Source: a virus
Lineage: Duplodnaviria > Caudoviricetes
DNA: 34,025 nucleotides
Direction: 5' to 3' (one strand)
IMG/VR virus record: IMGVR_UViG_3300037458_000628
Span: 1 to 34,025 of that record
Shown here: in pieces, positions 7,175 through 16,047 of the stretch
How the letters are laid out: every line of letters starts with the position of its first letter
Position numbering within the stretch: position 1 is the stretch's first letter
Position numbers and translations under genes: made by a program
The notes under the pieces: generated by a model
Database searches by the model: none
Seen by the model: only the letters and a program-made list of their open reading frames with translations
What the model was told of the DNA's origin: nothing

Positions 7175-8394
7175 TGGGCGCCCTGTTCGGACGCTCGGCG
7201 CCGACGCAGACGCGGGCGGCGAACCTGTCCGCGCTGCTGGCCGCCGCCGAGGTGGACGTGCGCGGCGCGGCCGGGTTGACCGGCGTGCCGGCGACCCCGT
7301 CGCAGTCGATGCGGCATTCGGGGGTGTGGGCCGCGATCCGGCTGCGCGCCAACCTGATCTCCACCCTCCCCGTGGATGGCTTCACCAAGACCGGCACGCT
7401 CGGGGCGCAGGTCCAGAAGCCCGCGCCGCTCACGCCCCTGTTCACCCGCCCCGCGGCCGGGATGCTGTGGCACGAATGGGTCTACGCCACGCAGGCCGAC
7501 CTCGACCGCTACGGCAACGCCTTCGGGCGCATCGTCGCCCGCCAGAACGGGTGGCCGGTGCAGGTCGAGCTGTGGTCGGCCGCGGATGTGACGGTCCGCG
7601 GGGCCGGCATGCTGGTGACCGAGGTCCGCCACGGGGGGCGTGCCTACGACCCGGTCGACGTGTGGCATGAGCGGCAGTACCTCGCCGCGGGTGTGCCGCT
7701 GGGGCTGTCCCCGATCGCGCACGCCGCCTGGTCGACCGGCACCTACCTGTCCGCGCAGCAGTTCGCCTTGGACTGGTTCAGCAACGGGGCGCACCCGTCC
7801 GGGACGCTGCGGCACACGCAGGCCGCGGAGCTGGACCCCAAGCTGCTCGACGCCGTGAAGGCCCGGTTCAAGGCCGCGGTGGCCGGGCGGGACCTGTTCG
7901 CGACCGGCTCGGAGTGGGAGTACACCCCGAATGCGGTCGACGCGAGCACGGCGCAGTTCCTCGAGCAGATGACCTACGGCATCACCGACGTGGCCCGCTG
8001 GTTCGACGTGCCGGCGACCGCGATCGACGGCTCCCCGAACGGGCACGCCTCTCTGTCCTACGCCAACGTCACCGCGGACAACCTGCAGCTCCTCGTGCGG
8101 CACCTGGCCCCGGCGATCACCCGCCGGGAACTGACCCTGTCGGCGAACGCGCTGCCGCAGCCGCGGTTCGCGAAGTTCAACACGGACGCGCTGCTGCGAC
8201 TGGACCCGATGGGCCGCACGGACCTGATGGCCAAGCAGGCGGACGCCGGGTTCCTGACGATCGATGAGGCGCGCGAGTTGGAGAACCGGCCGCCGCTGAC
8301 GCCGGAGCAGTGGGAGCAGTACCTCGCGCTGAAGTCCGCCCGCAAGGGCACCCCCGCCGATGGAGAGGACTCCACTGATGACCAGCCCGCATGA
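7174..8394 (+). CDS. Portal protein, HK97 family
   Basis: VWAAIRL.ANLISTLP, YGNAF, GLSPI, F.NGA.PSG.L, QFLE, ARWFDVP, LTIDEAR.LENRPP. Confidence 0.96.
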   Translation: MGALFGRSAPTQTRAANLSALLAAAEVDVRGAAGLTGVPATPSQSMRHSGVWAAIRLRANLISTLPVDGFTKTGTLGAQVQKPAPLTPLFTRPAAGMLWHEWVYATQADLDRYGNAFGRIVARQNGWPVQVELWSAADVTVRGAGMLVTEVRHGGRAYDPVDVWHERQYLAAGVPLGLSPIAHAAWSTGTYLSAQQFALDWFSNGAHPSGTLRHTQAAELDPKLLDAVKARFKAAVAGRDLFATGSEWEYTPNAVDASTAQFLEQMTYGITDVARWFDVPATAIDGSPNGHASLSYANVTADNLQLLVRHLAPAITRRELTLSANALPQPRFAKFNTDALLRLDPMGRTDLMAKQADAGFLTIDEARELENRPPLTPEQWEQYLALKSARKGTPADGEDSTDDQPA

Positions 8395-10453
8395 GGCTGC
8401 CGCGCTGCGGCGGGCCGAGGCGATGGCGCAGCGCGCCGACCGCCCCCGCCACCGACGCGCCGCCGAGCATCCGCAGGGCGACCCCGTCCGACTGACCGAG
8501 TGTCGGTCGGTCGAGCCTGACGGACACCGCTGGGCGGTGGTCGGGCCCGCGCGACTGGAGGTGCGCGACTCTGCCACCGAGGGCAAGCCGATCTTCCACG
8601 GCGTGGCCTCGGTCACCGAACGCGGGTACGAGGTCTGGGACGTCTTCGGCCCCTACACCGAGGTGATCGCCGAGGACGCCTTCGACGAGGACCTCGCCCG
8701 CGCGGACCTCGACGTGCCGCTCGTCATCGGGCACGACCAAATCCGCAGGATCGGTCGGACCACGGCCGGGGACGTCCGGCTGTACCGCGGCCCCGACGGC
8801 CTGACGGTCGACTCGGACCTCAACATGGCCGACTTCGACACCGCCTACATCGTGCCCAAGATGCGCGCCAAGTGGATCGACGAGATGTCCTTCGCCTTCC
8901 GCCTCGACGCGGGCGAGTGGTCGCCCGACTTCACGCAGTACCGCGTGACCAAGGCCACCATCCACCGCGGCGACGTGGCCATCGTCGGCTACGGCGCGAA
9001 TCCCTTCACGTCGGCTGGCCTCGAGGAGGCCGCCGCAGAGTCTCCCGCCCGGCAGGACGCCGCCGCGGGTATCCAGGCGCGCGACGAGTCCTCCGCTGCC
9101 ACCGTGGCACTGGGCGACGACCTGCCTGCCGAGCCCCTTCCCACCGAACGAGAGGACGCCACTCCCATGAGTGACACCGCCCCCGCTGAGGTGCTCGCGG
9201 CCGAGGTCGTCGAGCCCACCAACGAACTGTCCGAGCTGCGCGCCGCCGTGGCCAAGCTCACCGAGGACGCCCGCATGCGGGCCAACGCCCAGGAGGCACA
9301 CGTGAACGCCCCCGCCTACGACGAGGTAGCCCGCGTGGGCGCCGAGCCGCGCACCTACACCCCCGACGCCGCCCGCACCGAGGGCCGCTCGTTCATCGTC
9401 GACTTCGCCGCCGCCCAGCTGGGCGACTACTCGGCGCAGGCCCGGCTCGCCCGGCACGCGATGGAGGAGCGCGTCGAGCGCGCCAAGTACTTCTCCCGCG
9501 ACATCGGCACCGGCGCGTTCGCCGGGCTGACCGTGCCGCAGTACCTCATCGACCAGTTCGCCCCGCTGGCCCGCGCCGGCCGGCCGCTGGCCGACAACTG
9601 CCGCAAGCTGGACCTCCCCGCCGACGGCATGACCGTGACGATCTCCCGCGCCACCACCGGCACCTCCGCCGCCATCCAGGCGACCGAGGCCGCGGGTGTG
9701 TCCGAGACCAACTTCGACGACACCGAGCTGGTTGTGAACGTGCGCACCATCGCCGGCCAGCAGGACGTCTCCTTCCAGGCGCTCGCCCGGTCGGTCGGCG
9801 CCGAGGGCGTCATCGTGTCGGACCTCGTCGCGGCGTACCACACCACGCTCGACAGCCAGATCATCAACGCGGACGGCAACTCGGGCACCCACCTGGGCAT
9901 CCGGTCCACCGGCTCGATCTCCACCGCCACCCTGACCGACTCGTCGCCGACCCCGGCCGAGGCGCTGGGCTCGCTGTACGAGATCCAGTCCACCATCGAG
10001 ACCGCCGTCTACAAGGTGCCCACGCACTTCGTCATGCACCCCCGCCGGTGGATGTGGTTCTGCGCTGCGGTGGGCACCGACACCGCCCTGATCGGGCAGG
10101 GCACGCAGTACCCGCCGCAGTGGGGCGACCGCGAGGTCGGCAGCCCCTACGGCGCCGGGGTGCGCGGCGACATCGCCGGCCTGCCGGTCATCGTGGACGC
10201 CAACGTGCCGACCAACGTGTCGAGCACGCAGGACGTCATCCTCGCCGTGAACGCCAACGAGCTGTTCCTCTGGGAGGACCCGGGCGCACCGCTCTTCATC
10301 CGCGCCGAGCAGCCGGGCGCCGGCAACCTGATGACCAAGCTCGTCGTGTACGGCTACTCGGCGTTCACCGCCGGTCGCTACCCGGCCGCGCACGGCGTCA
10401 TCAGCGGTTCCGGCCTGGCCGCCCCGACCGCGTTCGGCAAGACGATCTCCTGA
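8378..10453 (+). CDS. HK97-family prohead protease fused to major capsid protein
   Basis: Protease FHGVASV...EVI..DAF...IGHD...MSFAF; capsid TVPQYL, AYHTTLDSQII, FVMHPRRW, IAGLPVIVD; GGAGAGG RBS favours ATG 8378 over 8360. Confidence 0.93.
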   Translation: MTSPHEAAALRRAEAMAQRADRPRHRRAAEHPQGDPVRLTECRSVEPDGHRWAVVGPARLEVRDSATEGKPIFHGVASVTERGYEVWDVFGPYTEVIAEDAFDEDLARADLDVPLVIGHDQIRRIGRTTAGDVRLYRGPDGLTVDSDLNMADFDTAYIVPKMRAKWIDEMSFAFRLDAGEWSPDFTQYRVTKATIHRGDVAIVGYGANPFTSAGLEEAAAESPARQDAAAGIQARDESSAATVALGDDLPAEPLPTEREDATPMSDTAPAEVLAAEVVEPTNELSELRAAVAKLTEDARMRANAQEAHVNAPAYDEVARVGAEPRTYTPDAARTEGRSFIVDFAAAQLGDYSAQARLARHAMEERVERAKYFSRDIGTGAFAGLTVPQYLIDQFAPLARAGRPLADNCRKLDLPADGMTVTISRATTGTSAAIQATEAAGVSETNFDDTELVVNVRTIAGQQDVSFQALARSVGAEGVIVSDLVAAYHTTLDSQIINADGNSGTHLGIRSTGSISTATLTDSSPTPAEALGSLYEIQSTIETAVYKVPTHFVMHPRRWMWFCAAVGTDTALIGQGTQYPPQWGDREVGSPYGAGVRGDIAGLPVIVDANVPTNVSSTQDVILAVNANELFLWEDPGAPLFIRAEQPGAGNLMTKLVVYGYSAFTAGRYPAAHGVISGSGLAAPTAFGKTIS

Positions 10454-10465
10454 TCGCCTGACGAC

Positions 10466-10498
10466 CCGCAGCCCCCCGGCGACCCCGGGGGGCTGCGG
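10466..10498 (+). terminator. 14-bp perfect hairpin after the capsid gene
   Basis: CCGCAGCCCCCCGG-CGACC-CCGGGGGGCTGCGG; no U tract. Confidence 0.75.
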
Positions 10499-10535
10499 CG
10501 TCCCACCCCCACGACACGACCGGGAGGTCGCCAGC

Positions 10536-11102
10536 ATGACTCGACAGAACGGCCCGTGGATCAACGAGCGGCACCTCCTCGAGGGGTCGCCCGTCAACAC
10601 CACGCTGGTCTCCAACCTCGACCGCTCGCAGTGCGGCGGCAACCTGTCCGCGCTCACCACGCAGGTGATGCTGTCCGTGGCGCTGCCGCTGAATGCGGGC
10701 GACCTCGTCACGAGCCTGACGTTCATGTCCGCCACCACGGCGGCGAACACCCCCACGAACTGGTGGTTCGCGCTGTACTCCCCGGCGGGTGCGCTCATCG
10801 CGCAGAGCGCCGATCAGGAGTCGGCGGCGTGGGGCGCCAACACGGCGAAGACCCTCGCGCTGTCCGCCCCGCACCTCGTCACCGCGGCCGCCGTCTACTA
10901 CGCCGCCATCATGGTCAAGGCGAGCACCCCGCCGACCCTGGTGGGCACCGCCCTGCATCACGCGAACGTGGCCGCGAACATCGGCACGCTCGGGTTCAAG
11001 GTGCTGGCGCAGACCTCCGGGTCGTCGCTGGTCGCCTCGGCCCCGGCCACCATCGCCACCCCCACCGCGGTGGCGACCGTCCCGCTGGTCATCGCGTCCT
11101 GA
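10536..11102 (+). CDS. Putative virion structural/decoration protein
   Basis: GGGAGG RBS; beta-rich A/T/S composition; directly after capsid. Confidence 0.7.
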   Translation: MTRQNGPWINERHLLEGSPVNTTLVSNLDRSQCGGNLSALTTQVMLSVALPLNAGDLVTSLTFMSATTAANTPTNWWFALYSPAGALIAQSADQESAAWGANTAKTLALSAPHLVTAAAVYYAAIMVKASTPPTLVGTALHHANVAANIGTLGFKVLAQTSGSSLVASAPATIATPTAVATVPLVIAS

Positions 11103-11338
11103 TGCGCGCCGTTGCCGACTCGGCTGCCGAGATGGCTGCCTACCAGCGTGAGCGGGCCGGCGTCGCCCGGCAGCTGGCCGTGCCGACCCTGTCCGATGAG
11201 GGCAGGGCTCGGCTGGTCGTCCGGCTGGCCGCGATCGACGCCGAGCTGGCCGCGCTGGGTCACGTCGCGGCCCCGCAGGAGGGGCCGCAGCGCACCGCCG
11301 AGGACCCCGCGCCCCGTCGTGCCCGCCGGAGGCCGTGA
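11102..11338 (+). CDS. Small helical hypothetical protein, head region
   Basis: TGATG coupling; AYQRERAG...RLAAIDAELAALG and a basic tail. Confidence 0.65.
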   Translation: MRAVADSAAEMAAYQRERAGVARQLAVPTLSDEGRARLVVRLAAIDAELAALGHVAAPQEGPQRTAEDPAPRRARRRP

Positions 11339-11575
11339 ATGCCCAAGATCACCCCCGAGAAGCTCGAGGCCATGCGCAGCATCGGCTTCATCAACGGCCC
11401 GCTCCCGTCCAAGCCTCGCGTGCGGGAGTGGGTGTCCGAGTCGACCGGCCGGGTCAAGGCCACGACGGACGAACTCGGCAACACGGTCACCCAGCACGCG
11501 CGGGGTGACCGGCAGGACGTGCACATCAACGCCACCCCAGTCCAGGCCAAGGCCGGACTCACCCCGAAGGGATAG
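11339..11575 (+). CDS. Hypothetical protein
   Basis: GGAGG RBS, good codon usage. Confidence 0.75.
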   Translation: MPKITPEKLEAMRSIGFINGPLPSKPRVREWVSESTGRVKATTDELGNTVTQHARGDRQDVHINATPVQAKAGLTPKG

Positions 11576-11579
11576 CCCC

Positions 11580-12047
11580 ATGGCCATCACCGCCTCCGGC
11601 CTCTACTACACGACGATCTCCAAGGCGCTCGGCAACGACATCGCCCTCGACATGGTCACGACGACCAGCGGCATCAAGATCGCCTTGTTCTCCGACTCGA
11701 TCACCCCCAACTTCGACACGGACACCGTCTACGGGTCCGCGCCGTACAACGCCAACGAGGTCGTTGACTCGTCTGGCAGCGAGTGGCCGTCCGGTGGGGT
11801 GGCCCTCCAAAACACCGCGTTCAGCGTGTCCTCGGGCTCACTGCTGTGGGATGCCGACAACGTGAGCGTCGCCTCGACCACGCTGACGAGCGCGATGGGT
11901 GGGCTCATCTACTGGGACGGCGCGACCAAGGATGCGATCTGCCTTATCGACTTCGTGACCCCCTACACCACGTCGAACGGCACATTCGCAATCTCGTTCA
12001 GCTCCAGCCCCGACTGCATCTTCGCCATCGACCTGACGCCAGCGTAG
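11580..12047 (+). CDS. Virion structural protein, putative fibre bead subunit
   Basis: IKIALF....PNFDT...EV....W..GG..L......WDA.NV...LIY.....ICLIDF.....GTF.I.F pattern of a widespread ~140-150 aa phage structural family. Confidence 0.7.
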   Translation: MAITASGLYYTTISKALGNDIALDMVTTTSGIKIALFSDSITPNFDTDTVYGSAPYNANEVVDSSGSEWPSGGVALQNTAFSVSSGSLLWDADNVSVASTTLTSAMGGLIYWDGATKDAICLIDFVTPYTTSNGTFAISFSSSPDCIFAIDLTPA

Positions 12048-12051
12048 GCCG

Positions 12052-13020
12052 GTGGCCCGCCGTCCGAAGGTCCGCCACGCGGCGATCGCCGCACGACCCG
12101 TGTCAGGGAGGGCGATCGTGGGCAGCGTCAGCGTGCACCTCACCGCCGGCGGGGGCGGGGGCGGGACCCTCATGGGCTGGCAGCTGACACCATCCAACAT
12201 CGGGCTTGCGGGTGTGGGGCTGACAGAGTCGGACCTCACCTCCTACACGGGGTCGACCACCCCGGCGGCGGGGACCACGATCACCCGGAAGATCATCTCG
12301 AGTCCGCTGGACTGCTACTCGCAGGGTGGCAACATCACCCTCGACCAGTGCCTGATCCGCCCCACCTACGTGCACCGGGGATCGCCGCTTATCCCGTGCT
12401 GGGACGGCGGGGTGACGATCCGCGATTGCGAGTTCGACGGCTCGTTGGTCAGTGCCTATGACATGGCCTTCACCTGCTGCATTCTGGGTGAGGCCAACGT
12501 GCTGCGGAACTACATCCACGGCTTCGGCTCCGGCGTCGCCATCTTCGGCACTGGCATGCAGGACAGCGTGCTGGTCGAGCACAATCTGGCGACGGACATG
12601 ACCCCCTATGGAGATCCCAGCGGGTCCGGGAATCACATCGACGCCTTCACTGTGCGCGAGTTCAAGACCAGCACGAACCCCACGCGGACGGCCACCATCC
12701 GCAACAACTGGTGGGACTGCGGGACGGTCAACGCCTCCGGCGCGGTGTTCCTCCAGGCGTACGCCGGATTCATCGACAACGTCACCTTCGAGGGAAACCT
12801 GCTCACAGGTGGCGGGTTCCTCTGCGCGCTGGAGACGAACACGTACCAGTACGGCGACCACATGTCCTTCGTGGATAACAGATTCCTGCCGGACAACAGC
12901 AACAACAACTACTACGGCACCCACTACGTGAGCGGCGGCCCCGGCTGGGCGACATGGTCGGACAACTACATTTACGACGCAGGCCAGCCGCAGGCCCGCG
13001 GCGATCTGGTGACGGAGTGA
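12052..13020 (+). CDS. Right-handed parallel beta-helix protein (pectin-lyase-like, putative receptor-binding/depolymerase)
   Basis: Repeating ITLDQCLI, VTIRDCEF, VLRNYIH, VLVEHNL, TIRNNW, VTFEGNLL, SFVDNRF strands; start uncertain. Confidence 0.75.
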   Translation: MARRPKVRHAAIAARPVSGRAIVGSVSVHLTAGGGGGGTLMGWQLTPSNIGLAGVGLTESDLTSYTGSTTPAAGTTITRKIISSPLDCYSQGGNITLDQCLIRPTYVHRGSPLIPCWDGGVTIRDCEFDGSLVSAYDMAFTCCILGEANVLRNYIHGFGSGVAIFGTGMQDSVLVEHNLATDMTPYGDPSGSGNHIDAFTVREFKTSTNPTRTATIRNNWWDCGTVNASGAVFLQAYAGFIDNVTFEGNLLTGGGFLCALETNTYQYGDHMSFVDNRFLPDNSNNNYYGTHYVSGGPGWATWSDNYIYDAGQPQARGDLVTE

Positions 13021-13023
13021 GCC

Positions 13024-13800
13024 GTGGCGATTACCTATCAGGACACGTCAGTCACCGGCACGGGCAGTGAGCCGCCCAGGTACTACCGGACGATCACGTT
13101 CGCCGACGCCGCAGCAGGTGACCTGCTGGTCGCTGGTGGGGTGAGCATGGACCTCGTCTCGGCCATCGAGAACACCCCGGCCGTCGCGACCACGTCGGGC
13201 AGCACGTCATCGTGGACCTCGTCCTACTCCGCATCGTCGGGCAGCGACTGTGACTGGGTGATGGGCTGGGCAGAGGTGTCCAGCACTGGCAGCGTCACGG
13301 TGCGCGTCAACGTGCGCAGCAGCACCGACGGCGCCGGGCACATGTATGTCGCCGGCTGGCTGATCCCAGACGGCGAGTGGTCCGGCACCCCCGCGCTGAC
13401 AGCGATGGCCGGCGGCGACGCAGACGGTCGGGTCACCGTCAGCGTGGGCTCGAGCGGGTCCAACGTGTTCTATCTGGCGGGCGACTGGGATGCGGGCACC
13501 GTGTCTGGCAGCGAGCCGTCGACGAACGCCACGGACCACGAGTCGACGCAGGACTCGGGCTACTACACGGTCGCAGCCCGCTCATGGTCGTCTCAGGACT
13601 CCGGGTCTAGGTCGTACGGGGTGGGCACCGAGTCTGGCGGCGACTGGACTGGCGCCGTCATGGTGGTGGCGGGTGCCAGCGGCACCGGCGCCACCGTCCC
13701 CGCCACCGCGGTGGCCGGCACCTCCACGGTGCAGACCTACTCCACCCGCGGCGCCGAGATCGTGATGGGCGGGGCCTCCAAGCAGGGGATCTGGACCTAG
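13024..13800 (+). CDS. Ser/Gly/Thr-rich virion accessory protein ending in one fibre repeat
   Basis: AAGDLLV beta-sandwich motif; C-terminal GATVPATAVAGTSTV matches the repeat unit of the next gene. Confidence 0.75.
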   Translation: MAITYQDTSVTGTGSEPPRYYRTITFADAAAGDLLVAGGVSMDLVSAIENTPAVATTSGSTSSWTSSYSASSGSDCDWVMGWAEVSSTGSVTVRVNVRSSTDGAGHMYVAGWLIPDGEWSGTPALTAMAGGDADGRVTVSVGSSGSNVFYLAGDWDAGTVSGSEPSTNATDHESTQDSGYYTVAARSWSSQDSGSRSYGVGTESGGDWTGAVMVVAGASGTGATVPATAVAGTSTVQTYSTRGAEIVMGGASKQGIWT

Positions 13801-13810
13801 GAGGCTGTCG

Positions 13811-16036
13811 GTGGCGACCACCACGAACGACGGCTCCGGCTGGACCACGGTCAGCGGCGGGTCGTGGGCGAACACCGCCAGCGGATATGACGGGTCCGGC
13901 ACCACCTACGCGACGCTGACCACGACGACGGCCGGTGACCATGTCGTCGACGTGACCGGGTTCGCGTTCGGGGATGTGGTCGGCTCCGGGGACACGCTCA
14001 CCTCGGTGGTCGTGAACGTCAGCCAGTACGTCGCGAACGCGGCGCGGTGGAACAACCCCACCGTCCAAGCGTTCGACGGTGCCACGGCGATCGGCACCGC
14101 GACGACGCTGACCGAGCGCACCAGCGCCGGCAACGAGGACGTGACCCTGACCGGGGTCACCTTGGCGCAGGTCCGCTCAGCTGACTTCAAGATCCGCTTC
14201 ATCGCGAAGAAGGCCGGCACCACGTCCTCGGTGCAGTACTTCGGCTGGGCGAATGTCACGGTCGACTACACCGCGGTCGTCAACGCCACCGTCACGGCCA
14301 CAGCCGTCACGGGCTCGGCGAGTGTGCCGCTGCCTGAGGTCAACGCGACGATCGTCACCCCGGCGGCGGTGCAAGCCTCGGCGACCATCCCGGGCCCGGG
14401 GACGCTGCACGCCTACATCGGGGGCGCACCTGCCGCCTCCCCCGACGCCAGCATCACCGCGACCGCGGTGCAGTGCTCGGCGGCTGTGCCCGCGCCGACC
14501 GTGTCCGCGGGCGCGGGTGTCACGGCCACCGCCGTGCTCGGCGTGGCGACCGTCCCGACGGCGACCCCGTCCGGGGGCGCTGGGGTCACCGCCACCGCGG
14601 TCCTGGCCTCGGCGAGCGTGCCCGCGGCGACCCCGGCCGCAGGTGCCACGGTCACCCCGTCGACGGTCGCAGCGGTCTCGAGCGTGCCCGCGCCGACCGT
14701 GTCGGCCGAGCAGACTGCCGAGGTCACCGCCATCGCGGTGCAGGTCGCCGCGAGCGTCCCCCTGCCGAGTGTGTCGGCGGGCGGGTCGGCCGACGTGCCC
14801 GCCACCGCCGTGCTCGGCGTGGCCACGGTGCCCGCGCCCACGGTCACCACCGAGGCCAACGCCAGCATCACCGCCACCGCGGTCCTGGCCACCACGACGA
14901 TCCCGGGGCCGTCCTCGCTGGACGCCTACCTCGCGCCCCCGCCGACCGGGGCCAGCATCACCGCCACCGCGGTCCTGGCCACCACGACGATCCCGCTGCC
15001 CGGGGTCAACGAGGCTGGCGCGACCGTGCCCGCCACGGCGATCGCCGCTTCGGTCACGGTGCCCCGCCCAGGCCTGCCCGCCACCGTCACGGCCACCGCG
15101 GTGCAGGCCACGGCCACGATCCCCGGCGACTGGACGGCCGAGGTCGCATCCACGGTCACCCCGACCGCGGTGGCCGGCGCCGCCACCGTGCCGCTGCCCA
15201 GCGTGTCGGCGGGCGGCTCGGCCACGGTCACCGCCACGGCGGTCCTCGCGACCACCACGGTCCCGGCGCCGACCGTCACGGCCGAGCAGTCCGCCACCGT
15301 CACCCCGTCGATCATCGACGTGGCCGCCAGCGTCCCGACGCCCACGATCACCGCCGGCACCTCAGCGACCGTGTCCGCGACGGCGGTCGTCGGGTCGGCG
15401 GCACTACCCGCCCCGACGGTCACCGCCGGCACCTCGGCCAGCATCACGGCCTCGGCGGTCCTGGCCACGGCGGCTGTCCCGGCGCCCACCCCCAGCGGGG
15501 GCGCCACGGTCACCCCGTCGACGGTCGCAGCCACCGCCGCGGTCCCTCTGCCGAGCGTGTCGGCGGGCGGGTCGGCGAGCATCACCGCCGCCGCCGTCAC
15601 CGCCACCGCGGCCATCCCCACGCCGACCGTGGCCGCGCAGGCGTCCGCCAGCATCACCGCCACCGCCGTCACCGGCGCGGTGGTCATCCCGGCCCCCAGC
15701 GTGGCGGGCGGGTCGAGCGCCACCGTCACCCCCGCCGTGGTCACCGCGACGGCGACGGTGCCGACGCCCAGCCTCGCGGCCGGGACCGGGGCGACCGTGT
15801 CCGCGGTCGCCATCCAGGTCGGCGCCGTGGTCGCCGAGGTCGCGGTGGCGGTCGGGTCGACCATCGCCCCCGCGGCAATCCTGGCCACGGTCAGCATCGC
15901 CGGGCACTCCGTGGTGATCGTCGCCACCGGCCGCGCCGGGGCGTTCACCCCGGCCGTGGCGACTGCCACGCAGCACACGCACCCGCCGCGCTCGGGCGTC
16001 CACACGCCCGCGGGCAGCACCGCGCACGCCACCTGA
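13811..16036 (+). CDS. Repeat-rich fibre/scaffold protein (N-terminal ~155-aa globular domain plus ~23 repeats)
   Basis: AGGAGG RBS; unit approx. xAT[VI]TATAVLATATVPAPTVSAG, mostly 22-24 aa; exact 45-bp DNA repeat at 14861-14905/14951-14995. Confidence 0.85.
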   Translation: MATTTNDGSGWTTVSGGSWANTASGYDGSGTTYATLTTTTAGDHVVDVTGFAFGDVVGSGDTLTSVVVNVSQYVANAARWNNPTVQAFDGATAIGTATTLTERTSAGNEDVTLTGVTLAQVRSADFKIRFIAKKAGTTSSVQYFGWANVTVDYTAVVNATVTATAVTGSASVPLPEVNATIVTPAAVQASATIPGPGTLHAYIGGAPAASPDASITATAVQCSAAVPAPTVSAGAGVTATAVLGVATVPTATPSGGAGVTATAVLASASVPAATPAAGATVTPSTVAAVSSVPAPTVSAEQTAEVTAIAVQVAASVPLPSVSAGGSADVPATAVLGVATVPAPTVTTEANASITATAVLATTTIPGPSSLDAYLAPPPTGASITATAVLATTTIPLPGVNEAGATVPATAIAASVTVPRPGLPATVTATAVQATATIPGDWTAEVASTVTPTAVAGAATVPLPSVSAGGSATVTATAVLATTTVPAPTVTAEQSATVTPSIIDVAASVPTPTITAGTSATVSATAVVGSAALPAPTVTAGTSASITASAVLATAAVPAPTPSGGATVTPSTVAATAAVPLPSVSAGGSASITAAAVTATAAIPTPTVAAQASASITATAVTGAVVIPAPSVAGGSSATVTPAVVTATATVPTPSLAAGTGATVSAVAIQVGAVVAEVAVAVGSTIAPAAILATVSIAGHSVVIVATGRAGAFTPAVATATQHTHPPRSGVHTPAGSTAHAT

Positions 16037-16047
16037 GGAGGTCCCCA

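Noticed and set aside
8177-10798. Long antisense or alternate-frame ORFs (873 aa here; also 6412-8616, 14926-16971, 19708-21600, 25243-27018, and the upstream part of 14473-16887)
   Set aside because: Shadows of GC3-biased genes on the other strand or frame; Arg/Gly/Pro-rich or mirror composition, with no RBS or motifs
14281-15920. CRISPR array or DGR template/variable repeat
   Set aside because: Repeats are degenerate, in-frame and coding, with no unique spacers, no adenine-specific mismatches and no cas or reverse transcriptase gene
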